From Bacteroidia bacterium (GTDB lineage: Bacteria > Bacteroidota > Bacteroidia > CAIKAF01), in the NCBI GenBank assembly GCA_030427255.1, contig JAUHWY010000005.1:23776-87775 (forward strand): a stretch of 64,000 nucleotides of DNA, in the 5' to 3' direction. The translations under genes and the position numbers were made by a program. The notes under the pieces are model-generated. The model had not been told where the DNA came from, made no database searches, and saw only the letters and a program-made list of their open reading frames with translations. Below are positions 57,122 to 64,000 of the stretch, piece by piece. How positions within the stretch are numbered: position 1 is the stretch's first letter; every line of letters begins with the position of its first letter.

Positions 57122-58399
57122 ATGCCCACCGAAGCGCTTAGGAAAAAAGCCCAACAACTTGATTCAGAAGACACTTTAGCGGACTTCAGAAACCGTTTTG
57201 AGTGGCCTCAACCTAAGGGCGTACCGGTGATTTATTTTACCGGAAACTCTTTGGGCCTAATGCCCAAAGCGGTTCGAAAGGCTATCCAAGAGGAGTTGGA
57301 CTTATGGGCCTCCTTTGGGGTAGAAGGTCATTTTGAAGGCCCACACCCCTGGTACAGCTACCACCTGGATCTCAAACCCGGACTTGCTGAGCTTTGCGGA
57401 GCCTTGGAAGAGGAAGTAACCCCTATGGCTTCCCTTACTCAAAACCTGCACTTCCTTTTGGCCAATTTTTACAGACCCCAAGGCAAGCGCACCAAAATCT
57501 TGTGCGAAGGCAGCTCTTTCCCCTCCGATTTTTATATGCTCGACTCGCAAGTCCGTTGGCACAACCTTAGTCCGGAGCAAGAAATTATAGAACTTCAGCC
57601 TCGAAAAGGAGAAACCTACCTGCGTACCCAAGACATTTTAGATCAGATTGAGGGCCTCGGCGAAGAATTGGCGTTGGTTTTGATGGGCGGAGTAAACTAC
57701 CTGACCGGCCAACGCTTCCAAATGCAAGAAATAACAGAAGCCGGTCATAAGGCAGGGGCTATCGTTGGCTTTGACCTAGCGCATGCCATGGGTAATGTGC
57801 CTCTAATGCTCCACGACTGGAAGGTGGATTTTGCCGCTTGGTGCACCTACAAATACCTAAATAGCGGACCTGGAGCAACAGCCGGATTGTTTGTACATAA
57901 AAAACACCACGGCAACACTCCCTATCGCTTGGAGGGTTGGTGGAGCAACAAAGCCAACAACCGTTTCAAAATGGAACGAATTATAGACCCGGAACCTAGC
58001 GCAGACGGGTGGCAACTGAGCAATGCTCCCGTTATGAATATGGCGGCCCAGCGTGTTTCCTTGGCCTTATTTCAGGAAGCCGGCTTAGATAACTTGCACA
58101 AAAAAAGGGAGGCCCTAAACCTTTTCTTGTTCGAAAACTTAGAAGCGCTAAAGGCTCTTTTTCCTAACGAAGGTCTTGGGTCGCTCACTCCTCATGAGCT
58201 GAGCCAAAGAGGATGCCAAACCTCCCTGGTTTGTGGAGAAAAAGGCCGTGCCCTGTTTGAGTTTTTGGAGTCAAACCATGTGATTGCTGATTGGCGATGG
58301 CCCAACGTTATTCGGGTTGCTCCTGTACCTCTTTACAACTCTTTCTCCGATATATGGTCATTCTTCGACATTACACGACGGTTTTTTGTATCCTCTTAA
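57122..58399 (+). CDS. kynU: kynureninase
   Basis: 425 aa. FTGNSLGLMPK. CTYKYLNSGPG PLP-lysine motif. Confidence 0.85.
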   Translation: MPTEALRKKAQQLDSEDTLADFRNRFEWPQPKGVPVIYFTGNSLGLMPKAVRKAIQEELDLWASFGVEGHFEGPHPWYSYHLDLKPGLAELCGALEEEVTPMASLTQNLHFLLANFYRPQGKRTKILCEGSSFPSDFYMLDSQVRWHNLSPEQEIIELQPRKGETYLRTQDILDQIEGLGEELALVLMGGVNYLTGQRFQMQEITEAGHKAGAIVGFDLAHAMGNVPLMLHDWKVDFAAWCTYKYLNSGPGATAGLFVHKKHHGNTPYRLEGWWSNKANNRFKMERIIDPEPSADGWQLSNAPVMNMAAQRVSLALFQEAGLDNLHKKREALNLFLFENLEALKALFPNEGLGSLTPHELSQRGCQTSLVCGEKGRALFEFLESNHVIADWRWPNVIRVAPVPLYNSFSDIWSFFDITRRFFVSS

Positions 58400-58851
58400 G
58401 CGGCCTTTGCCTTAACGCACAAGAAGTGCCCGAATGGGATTTTGCCGACTTTGAAAGGCAAAGTCAGCAAAGATCAGACACCCTACAGGTGTATAACTTT
58501 TGGGCCACGTGGTGTGCCCCCTGCGTTAAGGAACTCCCTTATTTTGAAGCCCTTGCCAAGGAATGGACACAAAGTCCCATTCGGGTATGGTACCTAAGCC
58601 TGGATTTTCCAAAGGCCTATCCGGAACGACTTATCACCTTTATTAAAGACAAAGGCCTGAAACAAACGGTTGTTTGGCTGAATGCTGCGGGAGAAAACAC
58701 CTGGATTCCCAAAGTTAACCCCGATTGGTCGGGGGCTATACCGGCTACTTTTGTGGTACCACCCGGTAAGGGGAAACCCTTTTTTGCAGAACGCGCTTTC
58801 GATTCCAAAGAGGAATTGATACATTGGATGCAACAGAACATAAATCCATAA
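58354..58851 (+). CDS. TlpA-like thioredoxin-fold thiol-disulfide oxidoreductase
   Basis: WATWCAPC redox motif. N-terminal signal peptide. Start uncertain (ATG at 58354 overlaps the kynU end by 46 bp). Confidence 0.55.
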   Translation: MVILRHYTTVFCILLSGLCLNAQEVPEWDFADFERQSQQRSDTLQVYNFWATWCAPCVKELPYFEALAKEWTQSPIRVWYLSLDFPKAYPERLITFIKDKGLKQTVVWLNAAGENTWIPKVNPDWSGAIPATFVVPPGKGKPFFAERAFDSKEELIHWMQQNINP

Positions 58852-58861
58852 ACATAGTCCT

Positions 58862-59545
58862 ATGCATATTGCCTTAATTCTTTCCGGATCCGGAGTATTC
58901 GACGGTGCTGAAATACACGAAACTGTTCTAAGCTTATTGGCAATTGAAGAAGCTGGCCATACTTGGCAGGCCTATGCTCCCGACACTCCCCAGTTGCATG
59001 TTATAAATCACATTACCGGGGAAGAAATGTCCGAACAGCGAAATGTGCTTATTGAGTCTGCCCGCATAACACGCGGAAAAATAGAACCCTTACACGCCTT
59101 AGATGTAGCTAAGGTGGACGCCCTTTTTCTGCCCGGAGGCTTTGGCGCAGCAAAAAACCTAACCGACTGGGCCATTAAAGGTCCGGAAAGCAACATTCAC
59201 CAAGAACTAAAAACCCATATTCAACAGGCTTGGAAACTTGGCAAACCTTTAGTGGCCTTATGCATGGCTCCGGTGGTTTTGGGAAAAGCCTTAGAAGGTA
59301 TTCCGGAAGCAAAACTTAAGCTTTCCGTAGGAACCCAAAGCGCACCTAGTCCATACGATATTGCCGGAATTCACCAAGGACTCGAAAGCCTAGGCATGGC
59401 TTCGGAAGAGGTAAACAACCCTCAAGTATCTATCGATCGAAAAAATAAAGTAGTAACCGGCCCCTGTTACATGATGGAGGCTGGCATAACCGACATTCTT
59501 GCCACCGCCAGAGCGGCCGTAAAAGCCATGGAAACCCTTAGCTAA
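58862..59545 (+). CDS. elbB: DJ-1/PfpI-family protein ElbB (glyoxalase-like)
   Basis: MHIALILSGSGVFDGAEIHETVLSLLAIEEAG closely parallels E. coli ElbB (GVILSGCGVYDGSEIHEAVLTLLAI). Confidence 0.75.
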   Translation: MHIALILSGSGVFDGAEIHETVLSLLAIEEAGHTWQAYAPDTPQLHVINHITGEEMSEQRNVLIESARITRGKIEPLHALDVAKVDALFLPGGFGAAKNLTDWAIKGPESNIHQELKTHIQQAWKLGKPLVALCMAPVVLGKALEGIPEAKLKLSVGTQSAPSPYDIAGIHQGLESLGMASEEVNNPQVSIDRKNKVVTGPCYMMEAGITDILATARAAVKAMETLS

Positions 59546-60381
59546 TGCAACAAGAAGGCTTTTTTAAAACACCCGACGGAACCTCTTTATATTGGAACTC
59601 CGAAGGTCCCGAAAACCCAAGATTTGTGCTTTGGATGGTGCATGGCATGGGAGAACACTCGGGCCGGTACCAAAACCTTAGAAAGGCATTTATCAGCAGG
59701 GGTGGCCTTTGCGTTGGATTTGACCTACGCGGGCATGGCAAGTCCTCCGGAAAAAGAGGCCATGCCTTAAGTCTGGATCAATTGTGTGGCGACATTCAAG
59801 CGCTTTATGAGCACAAACAAAAAGACTTTGGCGGACTGCCGCTGCTGGGCTTTGGCCACAGCTTAGGAGGACAATTAATCCTTCACTGGCAGCTGAATCA
59901 TGGTGGCGCACTTAACGCCATTATGGTTTCTGCTCCCTACTTGGCTTTAGCCTTTGAACCTCCGGCATGGAAAGTAGCTCTGGGTAAGTGGGCCGCCCGT
60001 GTTTGGCCCTCCTTTAGCCAAGCCACCGGTTTGGAAACTGCCGCGCTTTGTAAAGACCAGAAAGTGGTAGAGGCTTACAAAAGAGACCCTTTGGTGCACG
60101 ACAAAATCTCGGCGTCCATGTTTCTTAGCATTCACTTGGGCGGTGCTTCCCTATTGGAAAAAGCCTCATCTGTGCAGCTGCCCCTACTTTTGGGCCATGG
60201 AACTGCCGACAGGATTACCTCGGAAGCTGCAAGTCGAGACTTTGCAGCCCGTTGCAAAGCAGCAGAGTATTGGACCATGGAAGGTGGCTTTCATGAGCTA
60301 CACCACGAACCGGAGCAGCAAATTTGGTTTGACCGACTGCTTGTATTTACAGAGAATCAATTGGGAAACCCGGCCCACTGA
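59545..60381 (+). CDS. alpha/beta hydrolase (lysophospholipase/monoacylglycerol lipase-like)
   Basis: HGMGEHSGRY ... GHSLGG nucleophile elbow. Confidence 0.75.
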   Translation: MQQEGFFKTPDGTSLYWNSEGPENPRFVLWMVHGMGEHSGRYQNLRKAFISRGGLCVGFDLRGHGKSSGKRGHALSLDQLCGDIQALYEHKQKDFGGLPLLGFGHSLGGQLILHWQLNHGGALNAIMVSAPYLALAFEPPAWKVALGKWAARVWPSFSQATGLETAALCKDQKVVEAYKRDPLVHDKISASMFLSIHLGGASLLEKASSVQLPLLLGHGTADRITSEAASRDFAARCKAAEYWTMEGGFHELHHEPEQQIWFDRLLVFTENQLGNPAH

Positions 60382-60384
60382 CCG

Positions 60385-60530
60385 GTACGGAAAGCCCCCG
60401 GAAAACAAATCCATTGGCGGCAGGAGTTTGGGCGTGGCGCGCAGCAAACGCCCCAAAGGACTATGCCGCCAAAGGATTTGGTGACGGGGCTTGAAGGGAG
60501 GGCAGGTTTTTTCGGCCTTCCATAATTTTT
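60385..60530. repeat. GC-rich intergenic element, diverged copy G
   Basis: ggaaagcccccggaaaacaaa ... gcgcagcaaacgcccc parallels gaaagcccggaaaaccaa ... gcgcagcaagcccc of copies C and D. Confidence 0.45.
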
Positions 60531-60880
60531 AAATATACGAAAACGAGGAGGAGTTGGTACTGGAAAGAGAAAGGCCGAAAAAGGGCCCATAAAAAAACCC
60601 CTTGCTACACTTAACAAGGGGTCGGAATTGGTTTATTTTGACGGGATAAATAAAACCTCAGGTCCGGCGGCTATATTGTAAACAAACCAAGGTTTGCAAA
60701 TCAGGGGTGGTTTAAGAAGATAAGCCACCGGCCCTTAAGGTTTCCTCCCACTATGAAACTTATTCAAAAGAACATTTTGCCTTTACGCATGTCTAAATTA
60801 CGCTATTCCGGCTATGTTCCTACGTGGTTTTATTATGCTCGTTGTTTAAATGAGCATACCTCGACATTCTATTAGAATTG

Positions 60881-61636
60881 CTAAATATTCCCTAGCGCAT
60901 TCAAAAAGTTCTCTTTGTAACTTTTGGACAAAGGCACATTGCTTCCATCGGTCAAGATTACATAGCCTCCGTCGCTTTTTTGGTATTGAGACACCTGTTC
61001 CAAATTAATAACATGCGACTGGTGCACGCGAACAAACCCTTGGTCTGCGAGCATTTCGTCGTATTCCTTAAGGGTTTTTGAAACCAAAATTTCACGGCCC
61101 TGGGTCAAGTAAAAAGTAGTGTAATTGGATTGGGACTGGAGGCGAATAATTTCAGAAAGCAGAAAGTACTGAATGCCGCCTTGGCCCGGAAGTCCAATTT
61201 TCTTCATTTTCCGGTCTTGGCCCGAAAGGTTGTTCATTAGGTTTTCGAGCCGTTGATTGATTTGGCTTTGCTTAATTCTTGCTTCGGCGCGCGAAATGGC
61301 CAGTGCCAGCTCATCGATGTCGATGGGTTTGAGCAGGTAGTCAACGGCCGAGAATTTAAAGGCCTTTACGGCGTAGTGATTAAATGCAGTAGTAAAAATT
61401 ACTTCTGTAGCACCTCCGGAGATTTTTTCCAGCACATCAAAGCCGGAACCTTCCCCAATTTCAATATCCAAAAACAAAATATCGGGCACTTTTTGGCGAA
61501 CCTCCTCCACAGCAGCCGAAACATTGTCGGCTTGCCCAATCACCTCCACGTTAGGGCAATGCTCCGAAAGAAGGATGGAAAGGTTTTCTCTGGCGTTTTG
61601 CTCATCGTCTACAATTACGGCCCGTAGCTTATTCAT
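60881..61636 (-). CDS. LytTR-family two-component response regulator
   Basis: N-terminal receiver (VIVDDEQNAREN...DILFLDIEI). C-terminal LytTR DNA-binding domain. Confidence 0.85.
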   Translation of the reverse strand: MNKLRAVIVDDEQNARENLSILLSEHCPNVEVIGQADNVSAAVEEVRQKVPDILFLDIEIGEGSGFDVLEKISGGATEVIFTTAFNHYAVKAFKFSAVDYLLKPIDIDELALAISRAEARIKQSQINQRLENLMNNLSGQDRKMKKIGLPGQGGIQYFLLSEIIRLQSQSNYTTFYLTQGREILVSKTLKEYDEMLADQGFVRVHQSHVINLEQVSQYQKSDGGYVILTDGSNVPLSKSYKENFLNALGNI

Positions 61637-62295
61637 GAAAATGCATTTTGAGATGGTTGGCCTACAAATGGATTAAATTTCCTTTCCCGCCCAATGGTGG
61701 TGCTGGGTCCATGGCCGGGATATACCTGCATATCGTCGGGGTACGAAAATAACCCTTTTCGAATGCTTTTCAATAAAGTTTCGTGATCTCCACCGGGCAA
61801 ATCTGAACGCCCTATGCTGTCGTAAAACAACAAATCTCCGCTCACCATAAATCCCTGAACCCCATGAATTAAAGCCACATGGTCGGGGGCGTGTCCGGGC
61901 AAATGAGGCACTTCGAAATGCTCGCCTAACCATTGCTCACCGGCGGCATGATCAAAAAAGAAATCAGGCTTTGGACAGTGTACCGGAGGCAGGCCATACA
62001 TGCGGCATATGTCCGGCAAAGACTCAATAAGCGGAAGGGATGCTTTGGAAGCCCGCAGAGGGATTTTATACGTACGGCAAAGCCAATCTACCCCCAGCAC
62101 ATGGTCAATATGGGCATGGGTAAGCCAAACTTCGTTGGGTATTAGTTGGTTCTTATCCAAAAACTGCAGCAAATGTTGCTGCTCTTGAGCATTGGAACAA
62201 CCGGGGTCTACCACCAAGCAGTTCCCTGAACTGTGGCTTATGACCCAAGTATTTTCTTGGAACGGATTAAAAACGTGAACGTCAAGTTTGAGCAT
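61633..62295 (-). CDS. MBL-fold metallo-hydrolase (hydroxyacylglutathione hydrolase-like)
   Basis: THAHIDH metal-binding motif. 4-bp overlap with the downstream response regulator. Confidence 0.8.
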   Translation of the reverse strand: MLKLDVHVFNPFQENTWVISHSSGNCLVVDPGCSNAQEQQHLLQFLDKNQLIPNEVWLTHAHIDHVLGVDWLCRTYKIPLRASKASLPLIESLPDICRMYGLPPVHCPKPDFFFDHAAGEQWLGEHFEVPHLPGHAPDHVALIHGVQGFMVSGDLLFYDSIGRSDLPGGDHETLLKSIRKGLFSYPDDMQVYPGHGPSTTIGRERKFNPFVGQPSQNAFS

Positions 62296-62338
62296 TGTGG
62301 TCTGCCTTAGACTTCGATAAACTTACAAAATAGTCTTG

Positions 62339-64000
62339 TCATTGAAAGGTAACCACCATTTTACGCACTCTTTCTTCCAAAGATTCGTTCGAAAAGCGTT
62401 CCCTTATGCGCTCCACCATTATTGGAAAAGCAAAAGGGCTTGGTTTTTCTAAGGTTATTTGGCACTTTTCCTGACTTTGTATTCGCTCCAAAGCACTTTT
62501 TAGACGCTCTTGCTCCAATTGAAATTCATATACTTCTTCATAGGCTTGCCGCAACAACACATGGTGGGGAGCCTGCTCCCGAAAAACTTCAAAAAACAGT
62601 TTTGAGCTTGACTGCAAGTGCTTGTCGGCTTTAGTCTTTCCCGGGTAGCCTTGAAACACCAAACCACTGACACGAGCTATGTCCCTAAATTTTCGACCGG
62701 CCATTTCGGTGTCGTTTATGCTGGCCTGTATGTCTTGCAGTAAATGTCGCGTGTCAAATACCTGCCATGCATCCAAGGCTTCCCAAGGCAATTCTTGATC
62801 GCTCAGCAGTTCCAAGCCATAATCGTTCATGGCTATGGAAAAGCTGATGTTTTTGTGCCTTCCTATTCTCCAAGCCAAAAGGGATGCCATGCCCTCATGC
62901 ACAAAACGCCCCTCAAAGGGAAACAAAAACAAATGCCAGCCTTCTTTGGTATGCACTTTTTCCATCAAAAACTGATTGGGGCCGGGAATTACTGACCGTT
63001 GCTTTTGGACTGAAAACAAAGGCTTTAATGCTTGAATTTCCGGATGCAGCGCATTGGTCGCCGAAAGTTGTTGCCTTAGCAAGCTGCCCAACTGCGAAGA
63101 CAAGGGCATTCGTCCGCCCTGCCAACTGGGAACCAGCCCCTTAGTGGAAGTACTTCGCCTTACCTGCACTTGCATATCTCGCAAGCGCACAAACTCTAAG
63201 GGTTTTCCTGCCAACCAAAACACATCTCCCGTTTTGAGTTTTGAAACAAACCACTCCTCAGCATGACCAATTTTACCTCCACCCACATAAACCACGGGAA
63301 GCATTTGATCGCTGGTAATGGTACCTATCGACAAGCGGTGGCGCATGGCCACTCTACGGCTTTCTACCACATACTTTCCTTCCTTAACCACCACTTTGTG
63401 GTATTCGTCGTAGGCATGCAGTCCGGGCCCTCCGGTTACTATAAAATCCAAAACCTGATCGTATTCCTCCATACTCATGCTCTCGAAACTAGCGGTACCT
63501 TGCACCTCACGCATGGTTTGCCTAGGCTCAAATCCCTCCGAAACAGCAAGAGTAACCAGGTATTGAATGAGCACATCAAACGAACGGATATATGGAACCC
63601 TACGTTCATGAGCTTGAGCAGATATGGCCTCCCGCAAAGCCGCTCCCTCTAAAATTTCTAAGGAGTGGGTTGGCACAAAATATATTCTACTCAAAGCCCC
63701 GGGGCTGTGTCCCGAGCGTCCGGCCCTTTGAATGAAGCGGCTTACCCCTTTGGGGCCGCCTACCTGAATCACCGTGTCCACCGGCCTAAAATCAACCCCT
63801 AAATCCAAACTCCCTGTGCAAACCACCAACTTTAGCTTGCCTTCGTGTAACGCATCCTCTACCCAATGCCGCAATTCCCGACTAACCGAACCATGATGCA
63901 TAGCCATTCTCCCGGCTAAGTCGGGTGCCACTTCCAACAGTCTTTGGTACCAAATCTCAGACTGAGCTCGGGTATTGGTGAAAACCAAACAGGTATGGGA
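62339..64000 (-). CDS. Lhr-type DEAD/DEAH-box helicase, C-terminal portion (N-terminus beyond window)
   Basis: Helicase motif VI IQRAGRSGH, followed by DEAD/H-associated C-terminal domain. ORF open to the window edge. Confidence 0.7.
   Translation of the reverse strand, partial: SHTCLVFTNTRAQSEIWYQRLLEVAPDLAGRMAMHHGSVSRELRHWVEDALHEGKLKLVVCTGSLDLGVDFRPVDTVIQVGGPKGVSRFIQRAGRSGHSPGALSRIYFVPTHSLEILEGAALREAISAQAHERRVPYIRSFDVLIQYLVTLAVSEGFEPRQTMREVQGTASFESMSMEEYDQVLDFIVTGGPGLHAYDEYHKVVVKEGKYVVESRRVAMRHRLSIGTITSDQMLPVVYVGGGKIGHAEEWFVSKLKTGDVFWLAGKPLEFVRLRDMQVQVRRSTSTKGLVPSWQGGRMPLSSQLGSLLRQQLSATNALHPEIQALKPLFSVQKQRSVIPGPNQFLMEKVHTKEGWHLFLFPFEGRFVHEGMASLLAWRIGRHKNISFSIAMNDYGLELLSDQELPWEALDAWQVFDTRHLLQDIQASINDTEMAGRKFRDIARVSGLVFQGYPGKTKADKHLQSSSKLFFEVFREQAPHHVLLRQAYEEVYEFQLEQERLKSALERIQSQEKCQITLEKPSPFAFPIMVERIRERFSNESLEERVRKMVVTFQ

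Noticed and set aside
1-64000. Prophage, integrative element or defence island spanning the accessory genes
   Set aside because: No integrase, transposase, tRNA attachment site, phage structural genes or recognisable defence-system enzymes. Accessory genes are interleaved with core housekeeping operons.

Overview
The window is a 64-kb chromosomal segment from a Bacteroidota-type genome, about 50% GC. Phylum assignment rests on T9SS type-A C-terminal sorting domains and on Bacteroidota-style paralogues (DUF4270-like, long purF, PseG/PseH-like, FtsB-like). Most of it is housekeeping backbone: glmS, Fe/Mn superoxide dismutase, purF, fabD, folE-queD, pyruvate kinase, cysS, the rimP-nusA-infB operon, M13 peptidase, pruA, gcvP, kynureninase, elbB and a partial Lhr-type helicase. 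Accessory content is interleaved with it: (1) a surface-glycan module (FkbM methyltransferase, PseH-like GNAT, PseG-like, processive GT2), plus a separate NeuB-like/KdsC-like pair. (2) Five paralogous secreted proteins with an ALK-like glycine-rich domain. Four share a conserved ~70-aa N-terminal module and a PKD domain. Three of these sit as a divergent/tandem cluster at 45.8-50.2 kb, next to a beta-helix T9SS protein. The fifth is a 1049-aa HYR-repeat T9SS protein. (3) A previously unrecognised tandem array of three paralogous ~55-68 aa single-pass membrane/secreted peptides with a conserved C-terminal IIVDELQH tail. They lie downstream of a large all-helical protein and a small acidic protein, and beside a ~900-bp non-coding region carrying a tandem array of identical 26-bp hairpins. 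(4) At least seven copies of a family of GC-rich, hairpin-forming intergenic elements (conserved loop GGCGGAGCGCAGCAAGCCCC, stems showing compensatory changes). Two copies are fused to a 14-bp CATCATTCATCATC minisatellite and one to a 36-bp tandem hairpin array. (5) A GxxExxY (PD-(D/E)XK-like) gene bracketed by direct repeats inside a tandem-repeat tract between cysS and infB. No rRNA, tRNA, CRISPR array or recognisable IS/transposase gene was found.
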